Shown here: piece by piece, positions 31,991-42,226 of the stretch
Layout of the letters: the number at the start of each line of letters is the position of its first letter
Position numbering within the stretch: position 1 is the stretch's first letter
Assembly (NCBI GenBank): GCA_963843575.1
Contig: CAWJKZ010000009.1
Coordinates: forward strand, 96,001 to 160,000
Length of the DNA: 64,000 nucleotides
Source: an uncultured Acidobacteriota bacterium
GTDB lineage: Bacteria; Acidobacteriota; UBA6911
Reading direction: 5' to 3'
Position numbers and translations under genes: made by a program
Notes under the pieces: generated by a model
Databases searched by the model: none
What the model was told of the DNA's origin: nothing
What the model saw: the letters and a program-made list of their open reading frames with translations, nothing else

Positions 31991-32418
31991 TGTGTTTCCT
32001 TTCCGACTGGCCCGCGCATGGCGAGACCCAAGAGAGTTGACTTCGTCGTTCAGAGGACCGACAAGGATGAGGCCACATCCTCTTGATGGGGGAGGGAAGT
32101 TTCCTGCGGTCAAAAGCAGGCGGGGCGTGACGCCGACAAGCGCTCGTGAGGGCGGGGGCCGTCCGTAAGAGAGATAGGAGGTCTCGGCAATCCGCAGCCT
32201 CTGCTACTTTGAACCACTGGTAACCGAGGTCCAGCAGCAACCTTTCCCTCCAGGATACTCCGTGTATGTTCGGTGCAAGGTCAACCATCAGCTCGCGCCG
32301 AATCAGGTTCAGGGTCTGCGGTATTCGTGAGGTCTGATCCAAACGAAGCAACTGCAGCCTTTTCCGGCGGATTCGAGATGACCGGATTCGTGCCGCCTGA
32401 GCCTTGGATTTGAGAGTT

Positions 32419-33879
32419 CTACCGCTCATGTTCAGGACTCAAGTTGCTCAAAGAATCCTCAATCCCGATCCGGCCGGAACGTGCTGCCTTCAGGGCGACG
32501 ACTACGTCGGTCATCGAGGTTTCCGCTCCGACGTTTCCGGGGAAGACGATATAGTTCATCCCGGGGAAGCGCGAGCCTGCGCCAAGGTGCCAGACCGGAA
32601 CGCCGGGAATGATCTGCCCCGCAACGACTGCCCTCTGAACACCCAGGGCCTTCGCCGCGATGTCGTTTGATGTGATGCCCCCTTTCGCAAGGATATAGCG
32701 GGGCTCGGCAGAAACACCGCTCACGGTCTCGATAAGGGCTGCCGCGACGCCGGCCTGCATCCGGATGCTCTCCTCCGCCGTCTCCCCCCTCACCAGCTCG
32801 CGGCTAGTGTAGATCACCGTATCGCGATTGCCATGCATGGCCTGGTTCACCCCTTTCGTCACCCTCTCGATCTCGACCTTCCTGTCGCCGGAAAAGAGCC
32901 GACTGACGTCCAACTCGACCCCGTGAACGCCGCCATGCCTCAGCAGGTGCATCAGCTGGCGCGTAGACATGGGCACGAAGGAGCCGACGACGACGAGGCC
33001 ACAAGCTCTTTGCACAGCAGGGAAATCCGATGAGGTTAACAGCGGGCGAGGAGTAAGACCGATGAGCGCCGGTATCAGGGCGGCGGCCGTCCGGAAGAGG
33101 AACCGCCGCCCCTGCTTCATAGCCCGGAAGACGGCCAGCGCGACGACATCCATGTCACTTCGCTCGCAGGCGTTGACGACGCAGAAGCTGCCGTCCGGAA
33201 ATCCTCCAAGTTTCCTCGCAACAATTCCTGGGCCTCCCTTGCGGATATCGTCCAGGGAGACGGAGCAGACATCCTCCCGTGCGACGGCGCCCCCGGTCTT
33301 CTCACAGACGTAGTCTCTCAAGTTTGAAAACGTGAAACCAAACGAGGGATCCTTTGCATAGGGGGTATCGGCCGCGGGGACCAATACGTCTCCGTCCTTC
33401 ACGTAGTGGATATCGTCGATAGTAAGACGTCCCCCCTCGAAGAAGGCGGGCACGCAGAGCGTCACAGCATTCTGCCACCCGAATTCCGCCTTCAGAGTAT
33501 CGATCTCGACTCGGAAGTGGCCGCGCAGCGTCGAGTCGCTGCGGCTCATGACCATGAATCGCCGGTTCGCTCGTGATGCGGCCTGCACCATGTTTCGGGC
33601 AACGTCGCGGTTCAGCGCCGCGGCCTCGGGGGCGGGCAGGCTTCTGCTGTTCGTGAGAATGAAAAAGACCGGGCTGCGCTCGAACTCCGCCGCCAGGACC
33701 TCGACAGGCCAGGCCGTGAGAATCGGGATGTCGTGGACGGTCTGACATCCCGTCGGGTCGTCGTCCATGATGACCAGCGTCGTATCGGCCTCGGCGAAAG
33801 CCTCACGGATCGACGGAACCAGGTCTTCCCTCCAGGGAGCCGGGAGGCTGCGCATGATTTCGGAACAGGGTATTCGCAT
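32419..33879 (-). CDS. Four-carbon acid sugar kinase family (DUF1537)
   Basis: DDDPTGCQTVHD, LTNSRS, SRSDSTLRGH, PAFFEGGR.T, AKGGITS, FPGNVG. Confidence 0.92.
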   Translation of the reverse strand: MRIPCSEIMRSLPAPWREDLVPSIREAFAEADTTLVIMDDDPTGCQTVHDIPILTAWPVEVLAAEFERSPVFFILTNSRSLPAPEAAALNRDVARNMVQAASRANRRFMVMSRSDSTLRGHFRVEIDTLKAEFGWQNAVTLCVPAFFEGGRLTIDDIHYVKDGDVLVPAADTPYAKDPSFGFTFSNLRDYVCEKTGGAVAREDVCSVSLDDIRKGGPGIVARKLGGFPDGSFCVVNACERSDMDVVALAVFRAMKQGRRFLFRTAAALIPALIGLTPRPLLTSSDFPAVQRACGLVVVGSFVPMSTRQLMHLLRHGGVHGVELDVSRLFSGDRKVEIERVTKGVNQAMHGNRDTVIYTSRELVRGETAEESIRMQAGVAAALIETVSGVSAEPRYILAKGGITSNDIAAKALGVQRAVVAGQIIPGVPVWHLGAGSRFPGMNYIVFPGNVGAETSMTDVVVALKAARSGRIGIEDSLSNLSPEHER

Positions 33880-33964
33880 GGCGCCTTCTTCGAGTGCTTC
33901 GAGTCTCTCGAGGGAGCAGTAGATTCACCCCCAAAGCAGCCAAGACTCAAAAATCTCAAGGGTA

Positions 33965-33995
33965 CATAGTATGATATGTAATACATCATACTATG
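33965..33995. promoter_or_regulatory. Palindromic operator-like site
   Basis: CATAGTATGAT-N9-ATCATACTATG, perfect 11-bp arms, between divergent genes. Confidence 0.7.
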
Positions 33996-34013
33996 AGGTA
34001 AAGGAGCTCAGCA

Positions 34014-35333
34014 ATGTCCCGAAAGCGGATTCGCACCATCGTTCCTGTCGTGCTTCTGGCCTTCATGGGCGCGGTCACAACGGCGGTTGCCCAGACGGGC
34101 GTGTCGTTTCCCCTGCGGGTCAGCGAGGACAGAAGACACCTGGTCGACAGCAGAGGCGTGCCGTTTTTCATGAACGGCGACAGTCCATGGGAGATCAGCT
34201 GGCAGCTGACGAAGGAGGAAGCCGAAGCCTACCTTGAAAACCGGCGCCAGAAGGGGTTCAACACGGTGCTTGTCGACACCGTCCCGTACACCGAGTGGTC
34301 CGACCATCTCACCCAGACAAACCGCTACGGACATGCCCCCTTCCCGAGTACCGGGGACCTCGGGCAGCCCAACGAAGCGTACTTCAGGGATCTCGACGCG
34401 GTCGTCGAGGCTGCCGCCAGGAAAGGCATGCTGGTCCTGTTGTGCGCGGCGGATCTGGGCTCCAGCGACATGTGGCGGCCGCAGTACATCTCGAGCGGGG
34501 TGGCGAAGTGCGGCGAGTATGCCCGTTTCCTCGGCCGGCGCTTCAGCCGGTTCGACAACATCCTCTGGGTGCTCGGAGGTGATCGCGACCCTCATGGAGT
34601 CTTTGCCCATGTGGAAGAGATGGCCAGGGCATTGAGGGAGACGGCGCCGAAACATCTGATCACCTATCACGCGGGGGCGAAATCGAGTGGAATGTTCTTT
34701 CAGCCAGCGGATTGGTTCGATGTGAACATGTCCTACGGTTACCGCGACCCGCACGGCTTCGTGTCCGAGGACTACAAGAGAACACCGGTAAAGCCGGCCT
34801 TCCTTGGAGAAAGCGGATACGAGGGTGAAAACCTGGACGGGAGAGGCGGCAGCCCCCACCGCGTCCGGCGGCAGGCCTACTGGTCGGTTCTCTCCGGGGC
34901 GTTTGGCCACCTTTACGGTTCGGCGGCCTGGACGATGAAACCGCTCTGGAAGGACTGGATGGATTCGCCCGGCGCATTCCACATGTCTCACCTCGGCGCG
35001 TTTTTCCAATCGCTGCCCTGGCACAAACTTGTCCCCGATTTCGGGCGCAGCGTGATCGTCGAAGGCAACGAGGAGGGGAGCACGGTGGCGACTACGGCGC
35101 GGATACCCGACGGCAGTCTTGCGGTCAGCTACCTGCCGACGCCGCGGCGCGTCACTGTCGACCTTTCCCTGTTCAACGGCAAAGTGGAGGCGCGCTGGTT
35201 TGACCCGACCTGCGGGAAATACTTGCCGGTTGCCAATTCGCCGTTTGAAAACAAAGGCAGCCGCACCTTCACCACCCCCGAGAAGAACTCCGCCGGGGAC
35301 GGCGACCTCGTCCTTGTCCTTTCGGCTCTGTGA
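34014..35333 (+). CDS. Secreted DUF4038 apiosidase-like hydrolase #2
   Basis: FPLRVSEDRRHLVD..GVPFFMNGDSPW, ILWVLGGD, KPAFLGESGYE, RRQAYWSVLSGAFGH, WFDPT. Confidence 0.88.
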   Translation: MSRKRIRTIVPVVLLAFMGAVTTAVAQTGVSFPLRVSEDRRHLVDSRGVPFFMNGDSPWEISWQLTKEEAEAYLENRRQKGFNTVLVDTVPYTEWSDHLTQTNRYGHAPFPSTGDLGQPNEAYFRDLDAVVEAAARKGMLVLLCAADLGSSDMWRPQYISSGVAKCGEYARFLGRRFSRFDNILWVLGGDRDPHGVFAHVEEMARALRETAPKHLITYHAGAKSSGMFFQPADWFDVNMSYGYRDPHGFVSEDYKRTPVKPAFLGESGYEGENLDGRGGSPHRVRRQAYWSVLSGAFGHLYGSAAWTMKPLWKDWMDSPGAFHMSHLGAFFQSLPWHKLVPDFGRSVIVEGNEEGSTVATTARIPDGSLAVSYLPTPRRVTVDLSLFNGKVEARWFDPTCGKYLPVANSPFENKGSRTFTTPEKNSAGDGDLVLVLSAL

Positions 35334-35367
35334 CAAGAACAAAAGCTTATAGATACGCTCACGTTCC

Positions 35368-35498
35368 CAGAACGCGGATTTGCGCTGATTCACGCGGAAG
35401 TTGACTCGGTGACAGGCCGCGCCCGGCATTCCTCCCGCGAACTGCCGGGTGCGACAGATCCGCGTAAATTCGTAAAATCCGCGAAAATCCGCGTTCTG
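35368..35498. repeat. REP-like inverted repeat (ACGCGGAT units)
   Basis: CAGAACGCGGATTT / AAATCCGCGTTCTG perfect 14-bp IR with internal 9-10-nt periodic units, between convergent genes. Confidence 0.7.
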
Positions 35499-35560
35499 CT
35501 GTTTTAACCGGTGGCCAGCTCCATCCCAAGAATTCGTTAGCGTGTTCATGAAATCGGGTA

Positions 35561-36826
35561 CTAAGAACGCATCGTTGCGTTCTTCACCAATGGGCGGGCG
35601 CGGACACCCAGGAATGCGATGTACGCCAGCGGCAGGAAAAGCACGAGCATTCCGGCGCGCAGGCCTGCCACGTCCGCAATCCTCCCTATGAGCACAGGCC
35701 CAAACGCTCCGCCGACGGCGCTGGAAAACAGTATTCCCATGAGCGCTCCGTGGTGCTTCTCCAGCGAATTGAGTGCGAGCTCGGCGATGAGCGGCCACAG
35801 CACGGAAAGGAAGAGTCCGACGAGCGGAAAGAAGATCAGTGCCATCGTTCTGTTGCCCAGGATCGCGCAGGAGAAGCATCCCAGCGCAAGCAAGCTGGAG
35901 ACCGTCACCACGCGCCGGCTTTCGAATATTTTGATTAGCAGCATTCCCCCCGCGCAGCCGGCCGTAAGCAGAGTCCAGAACCACGACAGCGTTCTTGCGC
36001 CCGTGGTTTCGGGGTCGCAGCCGTGGTATGCCTTCAGGAACTGCGACATCCAATTCGCGTTACCCTGCTCGCAAGCCGAATAGCAGAGAACGCCGCAGAC
36101 GAAAAGCAGGACGGTAGGGTTCTTCAACAGCCCGAGATAAACCTGGAGCGAACCGGCACGTTCCTCTTCCGTCAACTGCACGCGGGGAAACTTCACGAAA
36201 ATCAGCACGCCAATAGTCACAGCGAGCACGGCCGAGAAGATCCAGTATAGGGAAACCCAGTTGAACGATCCCTGCACCAGCCTGCTCAAGCCTTTGCCTA
36301 CAAGGCCCCCGCTCCCGGGGGCGGCGAGCCTCTGAACCGCCATCGAGTAGACGTGAGGGCTGAGCATCGAGCCGAGGCCGTACATCATATTGGTCAGCAC
36401 CGTGAAAAACGCCAGGTTCTCGCCTCCGCACGCGCTCTTCAGCAGGGGATAGAGCGGTATCTGCCCGGCAGCCAGCCAGCAGCCCACCAGGAATAATGAA
36501 ATCAGCACCACCGGATATTGGGGCCGTATTGCGAACGAAAAAGTCCCCGCGAACGCCAGAACGAAGGAGGCAACGACAACCTTTTTGGCCGAGAGCTTCT
36601 CGGTAAGGATGCCGGCGGGAATGGAGATTACGCCGAAGGCGATGAAATAGGAAAAAGGGAGCAGGGCAGCGAGCGTGTAGCTCAGACGCAGATCCCGGAT
36701 CATGTCCGGCAGCAGGGCCCCGACTGCATTCGCGATGACCCCTGTCTCGAACAGTATGCAGTTCAACAGCACTACGACGAAGTAGTTAATCCGCGGTTTG
36801 GGCGCCGCCGCTGGCAATGGGTTCAT
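35561..36826 (-). CDS. MFS sugar transporter (FucP-like)
   Basis: About 12 TM segments. LLPFSYFIAFGVISIPAGIL, CEQG.ANWMSQFL, SVLWP, VGGAFGP. Confidence 0.88.
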   Translation of the reverse strand: MNPLPAAAPKPRINYFVVVLLNCILFETGVIANAVGALLPDMIRDLRLSYTLAALLPFSYFIAFGVISIPAGILTEKLSAKKVVVASFVLAFAGTFSFAIRPQYPVVLISLFLVGCWLAAGQIPLYPLLKSACGGENLAFFTVLTNMMYGLGSMLSPHVYSMAVQRLAAPGSGGLVGKGLSRLVQGSFNWVSLYWIFSAVLAVTIGVLIFVKFPRVQLTEEERAGSLQVYLGLLKNPTVLLFVCGVLCYSACEQGNANWMSQFLKAYHGCDPETTGARTLSWFWTLLTAGCAGGMLLIKIFESRRVVTVSSLLALGCFSCAILGNRTMALIFFPLVGLFLSVLWPLIAELALNSLEKHHGALMGILFSSAVGGAFGPVLIGRIADVAGLRAGMLVLFLPLAYIAFLGVRARPLVKNATMRS

Positions 36827-36972
36827 ATTAATCCGATCTTCGCTTACCGGAGCTGGAGGCGACAGAGCGAAATGGCATTCCGGGATTTCTTTGCGAGATC
36901 GACGGCATCCTCGTCCGTCCTATGAGCGTCCTCACCCAGGAACGATGTTTTTCCGCCCCATTTTACGCCCTG

Positions 36973-37001
36973 CTTGTCATAATATGTGTGATGTATGATA
37001 G
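36973..37001. promoter_or_regulatory. Operator-like heptamer array
   Basis: CTTGTCATAATATGTGTGATGTATGATAG carries GTATGAT/GTGTGAT, shared with the 33965 and 47088 sites. Confidence 0.5.
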
Positions 37002-37236
37002 GATAACCGGCGTCAGCAGATCTACTACCTTCGCTGGGGCGATCCGCAATACCGGGGAGACAGTCCCATGAATCGAAGACGTTTCCTTGAGCCCCGGGGG
37101 GGGCGGAACCGTAATCCTTCCCTTCGGGCCGCGCTTTTCCCGGCCCCGCCGTCCTGTTCTGTTCAACCCGTAAACCCGGCTCGCGAGAGTGCCTTGCAGG
37201 CATGCCACAAAAACCAAGAATTCACGAGGGATCAAC

Positions 37237-38652
37237 ATGTTCGGGAAATTACTCGTCCTGTTGCTGGCCGCGTCCCCGGCGATTGCCGGTCCCGCATATC
37301 CCCTGAAGGTGAGCGCCAACAAGCGCTACCTGGTCGATCAGCGAGATGTCCCGGTGTTTCTCAACGGTGACACCGCGTGGTCGCTGATCGCGCAGGTCTC
37401 CAAGGAAGACGCCGAGCTCTACTTGCGTGACCGCGCCTCGAGGGGCGTCAATTCGATAATCGTCACCTCTCCCGAGGTCTACTACTGCAGCAACTGCCGG
37501 GACAAGGACGGTCCTCAGAATTTCTACGGCGACAGCCCGTTCAACAAAGTCAACGACTTCACCACTCCGAACGAGGCTTACTGGAAGCATGCCGACTGGG
37601 TCATCAGGAAAGCAGCCGAGTACGGCATCCAGGTCCTGCTCTGCCCCTGCTACACCGGCTTCCAGAAGAACAAGGACGGCTGGTGGACCGACGACTGGGA
37701 GAAGAGGAATTCCGTCGAGGACTGCGCCTGGTATGGAGGCTGGGTCGGTAAACGCTACCGGGACTTTCCGAACATCGTCTGGGTGATGGGAAACGACCGG
37801 AACCCCGGCGAGTTGTTCGGCAGAATCGACGCGATGGCCAAAGGGATCAGGTCGGAGGACGCGAATCACCTGTTTACCCATCATTCGCGCAGCGGTATGT
37901 CGTCAGCGGATCCCGCCGTTTGGGCGCCGCAGCCGGTTCCGTCCTGGCTGACACTGAACGGCACCTATGACTATCCAGGCGATGCGGCGCCGAGCGACTG
38001 GATGTACGTCAGATCCTACGCCGACTACAACCGCAACCCGGTAATGCCTTTCTACCTGTTCGAGTCGCATTACGAATACGCCAAGAGTTGGGGCAACGGC
38101 ACGATCCAGGGAATCCCGCTCAACGTCAGAAAAGAGGCCTACCAGTCCGCCTTCTGCGGTTCGACCGGGCACCATTACGGGAACAACGCGATCTGGGGAA
38201 TGAATTCCGTGCCCGATTATCAGCCGGGCTGCGACCTGCCGTGGAAGGAGCATTTCAAGGATCCCGGTACGTCGGTTCTTTTCATAGGGAAGCTGTTGAA
38301 CTCCAGGGCTTGGCACACCCTCGTGCCCGACCAGGATCACACGGTCATGACCGCCGGCTACGGTTCCGGGAGTTCCTACGCCCCATGCGCCAGGACTACC
38401 GACGGTGCGACGATGATGGCGTTCATTCCAGACTCGCGTTCTGTGACCATCGACATGGCGAAGATTTCAGGTAAAGCAGCCAAGTGCTGGTGGTTCAACC
38501 CGCGTTCAGGCGAAAGCCGTCCCATCGGCGACTACCCGACTTCCGGCAAGAAAGACTTCCGTACGCCGGACAACAACGACTGGGTGCTGGTCATCGATGA
38601 TGCGGCAAAGAAGCTCCCGGCCCCCGGCGCAACCCCGAAGGGGAAGCAATAG
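37237..38652 (+). CDS. Secreted DUF4038 apiosidase-like hydrolase #3
   Basis: YPLKVSANKRYLVD..FLNGDTAW, IVWVMGND, PFYLFESHYE, WWFNPRSG, DWVLVIDD. Confidence 0.88.
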   Translation: MFGKLLVLLLAASPAIAGPAYPLKVSANKRYLVDQRDVPVFLNGDTAWSLIAQVSKEDAELYLRDRASRGVNSIIVTSPEVYYCSNCRDKDGPQNFYGDSPFNKVNDFTTPNEAYWKHADWVIRKAAEYGIQVLLCPCYTGFQKNKDGWWTDDWEKRNSVEDCAWYGGWVGKRYRDFPNIVWVMGNDRNPGELFGRIDAMAKGIRSEDANHLFTHHSRSGMSSADPAVWAPQPVPSWLTLNGTYDYPGDAAPSDWMYVRSYADYNRNPVMPFYLFESHYEYAKSWGNGTIQGIPLNVRKEAYQSAFCGSTGHHYGNNAIWGMNSVPDYQPGCDLPWKEHFKDPGTSVLFIGKLLNSRAWHTLVPDQDHTVMTAGYGSGSSYAPCARTTDGATMMAFIPDSRSVTIDMAKISGKAAKCWWFNPRSGESRPIGDYPTSGKKDFRTPDNNDWVLVIDDAAKKLPAPGATPKGKQ

Positions 38653-38709
38653 GTACTTTGAGTCTTGGAAGCCTTTGTGAAGAGGTGAAACGGATGGGGG
38701 CGACAAGAC

Positions 38710-39870
38710 ATGGAATACTCCCGACAGGAATCCATCGTTGAAGCATACAAACCAGCGCTTGGTCGCAAGCGCTGCGACCTGATGACGCCGGCCCTGATAC
38801 TCGACCTTGACGTGGCACAGCAAAACATCCAGTGCATGGCGGAGCGCCTTCGCGACCTGCATGTCAACCTTCGCCCGCACGTAAAGGCGCACAAGTGCGC
38901 GGAGCTTGCCAGGCGGCAGATCCAGGCCGGGGCGATCGGAATCTGCACGGCAACCGTATGGGAGGCCATTGCGATGAGCCGGGCCGGCATTGAGGACATC
39001 TACATCGCAAACGAGGTCTGCGGCTGGGAGAAGATTTCCGCGCTGGCGCGCGAGGCTGCGCTCCGGCACATCGGTGTCGCAGTCGACGATCCCTGCAACG
39101 CGGCGGAACTCTCCGATGCGGCGCGCTGTGCGGGAAGCACACTGGACGTGCTGATCGAGGCGGATGTCGGCATGGGCCGCGGCGGAGTCCGGTCCGTCAA
39201 AGAAGCGCTCACACTGGCCGACTGCGTTACCAGACTTCCCGGTCTGTGCCTGCGCGGCATTCAGGCCTACGAAGGACACTGCATGCTGGAACGCGACCGG
39301 ACCGTGCGGACCCGAAAGGCCGCGGAAGCGATGGGCGTTGCCGCCGAGGTCATCGAAGCGTTGTCTGGGGCGGGATTCGCTTGCGAGACCGTGTCCGCCG
39401 GCGGCACCGGAACTTACGACATCACCGGCAGGGACCCGCGGGTGACCGAGATTCAGGCGGGATCGTACGTGTTCATGGACAACTTTCACGGCAGCCTCGT
39501 GCCGGGCTTCTCGCGGTCGCTCACGGTGCTTGCGACCGTGGTCATCCAACACGATCGCACGATTGTGCTGGATGCGGGCCTGAAATCCATCGGTGTCGAT
39601 GAAGCGCTTCCCACGATGGTGCCCTATCCTTTCTACCGCGCCGAGTTCCATGAGGAGCACGCGCTTTTTACCGTCGATGACCGGTGCGGGCTGAAGCGGG
39701 GAGACACGGTCGAGCTCATCCCAGGCTATGCCCCGACGACCGTGAATGTCTATGATGTGTACCATGTGGTCGAGGACGGGATAGTGACCGGAATCTGGCC
39801 GGTAGCACCACGCGGACCCGGGCACGCAGGCTGGTCAGCATCTTGGCCGCCGGCGGGGGACGCACAGTAG
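38710..39870 (+). CDS. PLP-dependent DSD1 / D-threonine aldolase-like enzyme (alanine racemase fold)
   Basis: TPALILDLD, LRPHVKAHK, DVGMGRGGV, GIQAYEGH, VSAGGTGT, EIQAGSYVFMD, DAGLKS, EEH. Confidence 0.9.
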   Translation: MEYSRQESIVEAYKPALGRKRCDLMTPALILDLDVAQQNIQCMAERLRDLHVNLRPHVKAHKCAELARRQIQAGAIGICTATVWEAIAMSRAGIEDIYIANEVCGWEKISALAREAALRHIGVAVDDPCNAAELSDAARCAGSTLDVLIEADVGMGRGGVRSVKEALTLADCVTRLPGLCLRGIQAYEGHCMLERDRTVRTRKAAEAMGVAAEVIEALSGAGFACETVSAGGTGTYDITGRDPRVTEIQAGSYVFMDNFHGSLVPGFSRSLTVLATVVIQHDRTIVLDAGLKSIGVDEALPTMVPYPFYRAEFHEEHALFTVDDRCGLKRGDTVELIPGYAPTTVNVYDVYHVVEDGIVTGIWPVAPRGPGHAGWSASWPPAGDAQ

Positions 39871-39902
39871 ATAGTTCGTATTTCGCCCCAGGAGGAGAGA
39901 CC

Positions 39903-41381
39903 ATGCAATTGCCCGCGCTACGTCTGCTGAGCCGCGACGAGTTGGAGAGGATCCATCAGGCAGCGTTACGTATCCTCGACGAGGTCGGGATTCTGCTCGA
40001 GCACACCGGGGCACAGGATCTTCTCGAGGGCGCCGGGGCTCGTGTCGATCGGGCGACCAACCGCGTGTACATGCCGCCCGATCTCGTGGAAGCGAAAAGA
40101 GTCCTCATCCCGAAGCGCTTCACCTATCACGGCCGGACGCCGGAGTACGACTACACCGCCGCGCTGGACGGCGACATCGGCGGCCGGAGTTCGGGGGGCC
40201 CGCCCTACTATATCGACCCGGTGACCGGCGCTGCGCGCCGGGCCAATATCGCCGACTGGCGCGATTTCTGCAAAGTTACGGACGCGCTGCCCAACATAAC
40301 GGCCACCGCTAACCAACACTGCGGCGACGTGCCGGGTCTGACGTCCGACCTGTACAGCCTCAGGACCATGCTGGAATGCCAGCGCAAGTGCTCGGTTCAC
40401 GGTGCGGCGACGGTAACGAACCTCCGTTACCAGATCGAGATGATGCTTGCGGTGCGCGGCACACGCGAGGCGCTCGCAGAGCGCCCGATGGTTCACCACA
40501 TGGTCCCACCGGATAATCCGCTTTTCCTGCACGAAGACCTCGTCGCACAGATCCTTTTGGCCGTGGAGTACGGGCTGCCGATGGACATGCCCGTGATGTC
40601 GATCGCGGGCGTCTCGTCCCCCGCAACACTGGCCGGCACACTCGCCCAGAACCTGGCCGAAGAACTCGCCGCCACCACCCTTGTCCAGACCGCCCGGCCG
40701 GGACACCCGCAGGCCTTTTTCATCGACCCGATGGTGGGGAACATGAGGACCGCGGAGGCGCTGGGAGGAGCACCGGAATCCGCGCTCCTTCTCGGTGCTA
40801 TCTGCCAGCTGGGCACCGAGCTGTTCGGGGTGCCCACCGAAGCCATCGGTTTCGTCAGCGACGGCTTCACAGGGGCACAGACCATGTTCCACAAGGCGCA
40901 GAACCTCATTTTTCAGGTTCTGTCCGGCGGCAAGCTCATCGTCGGGGCGGGTACCGTCGAGAGCATCATGGCCCTCAGCCCCATACAGCTGGTCATCGAC
41001 GACGAACTCATCGCGATCGCCAGGCGCTGGCTCGAGGGGATCAAGGTGGACGAGGAGTCGCTCGCCGTCGACACGGTGGCACGAGTGGGGCCGCGCGGCA
41101 GCTACCTGGCCGATGCGCACACGGTCTACGCGATTCGCACGCGGCAACTCGTCACTCTGCAGCTCGCCGAAAGGGAGAGCCGCCGCCAGGTTTGGGAAGC
41201 CGCGGGGAAGAAAACTTTGGAGTCGAGGGCAGCAGAGAAGGCGCAGTCGATCATCGAGCGCCATGAGGTCCCGCCTCTCCCCGATGAAGTCCGGAGAGAG
41301 CTGGCCGTCATTCTAAAGAAAGCCGACATACAGGTCGCGGGGGCCGACGGCAGCGCCGCCTCGACGCCGGCAGGAGCTTAA
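39903..41381 (+). CDS. Trimethylamine methyltransferase (MttB) superfamily protein #1, no pyrrolysine codon
   Basis: LLSRDELERIHQAALRILDEVGI, AGVSSPATLAGTLAQ..AE, GAPES, GAG, S..QLVIDDE, GI.VDEESLA.D....VGPRG.YL...HT. Confidence 0.9.
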   Translation: MQLPALRLLSRDELERIHQAALRILDEVGILLEHTGAQDLLEGAGARVDRATNRVYMPPDLVEAKRVLIPKRFTYHGRTPEYDYTAALDGDIGGRSSGGPPYYIDPVTGAARRANIADWRDFCKVTDALPNITATANQHCGDVPGLTSDLYSLRTMLECQRKCSVHGAATVTNLRYQIEMMLAVRGTREALAERPMVHHMVPPDNPLFLHEDLVAQILLAVEYGLPMDMPVMSIAGVSSPATLAGTLAQNLAEELAATTLVQTARPGHPQAFFIDPMVGNMRTAEALGGAPESALLLGAICQLGTELFGVPTEAIGFVSDGFTGAQTMFHKAQNLIFQVLSGGKLIVGAGTVESIMALSPIQLVIDDELIAIARRWLEGIKVDEESLAVDTVARVGPRGSYLADAHTVYAIRTRQLVTLQLAERESRRQVWEAAGKKTLESRAAEKAQSIIERHEVPPLPDEVRRELAVILKKADIQVAGADGSAASTPAGA

Positions 41382-41412
41382 CTGAGGTGACAGACGACAA
41401 AGGAGACGTGAC

Positions 41413-42195
41413 ATGGGTAAGGGTACTGGCAGGGTTGCCGGGAAGCGAGCCATCGTTACAGGGGCCGGCAGCGGCATCGGGCGGGCGACCGCGATTTTGT
41501 TTGCACGCGAGGGTGCCAGGGTCGGGCTGATCAGCCGGCGCGAATCGATGTTGCGCGAGGTGGAGTCGGTCATCGCGGAAGAGGGCGGGGAATCTCTGGT
41601 TCTGCCGTGCGATGTCTCGAAACAAGATCAGGTCGCCGGCGCCTTCGCGGCGGTCGAGGAACGCTGGGGAGGCGTGGATGCCTGCGTTGCGGTTGCGGGC
41701 ATCGAACGCTGGGCGGAGGGAGACGACCGCGTCGACCGCCTGGAGCTCGCGGTCTGGCAGGAGATCATCGACATCAATCTGACCGGGATGTTCCTGACTC
41801 TGAAATGCGCGGTCCGCGCCATGCTGAAGATCGGAGGCGGGGCTATCGTCGTAACAGGCTCGCCGACCGGCCTGTACGGTTTTGCGGCAGGCGAAAATGC
41901 TTACAGCGCCAGCAAAGCTGGCTGTCATGGACTCGCCCGGGTCCTCGCGAACGAAGTCGCCCCGGAGCACATCCGGGTAAATATCGTCGTGCCGGGATTC
42001 ATCGAGGCCGGGGTCAACGAGAAATTCATGCGAGAGAACCCACAGGGAGTGGAGGACTATTGTCGGGCCACTCCCATGCGTCGTATAGGGCAACCTGAAG
42101 AGGTCGCACCGATGAACCTCTTCCTCTGCACCGACGAGGCATCGTTCACTACTGGCGGCTACTTTGTAGTGGACGGCGGTTATATCGCAATCTGA
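41413..42195 (+). CDS. SDR-family oxidoreductase
   Basis: VTGAGSGIG, INLTG, YSASK, RVN.VVPG, PMRRIGQPEEVA, VDGG. Confidence 0.93.
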   Translation: MGKGTGRVAGKRAIVTGAGSGIGRATAILFAREGARVGLISRRESMLREVESVIAEEGGESLVLPCDVSKQDQVAGAFAAVEERWGGVDACVAVAGIERWAEGDDRVDRLELAVWQEIIDINLTGMFLTLKCAVRAMLKIGGGAIVVTGSPTGLYGFAAGENAYSASKAGCHGLARVLANEVAPEHIRVNIVVPGFIEAGVNEKFMRENPQGVEDYCRATPMRRIGQPEEVAPMNLFLCTDEASFTTGGYFVVDGGYIAI

Positions 42196-42226
42196 GGTCT
42201 ATCTACAAACAAACAAGGAGGCAGCG

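Noticed and set aside
32185-32330. IRSLCYFEPLVTEVQQQPFPPGY peptide resembling a transposon accessory protein end
   Set aside because: Short, with no start, and the family cannot be named with confidence.
34008-36053. Long antisense ORFs (also 5507..6943, 39966..41264, 61659..63602)
   Set aside because: Shadow frames of GC-rich genes on the opposite strand with no recognisable motifs.
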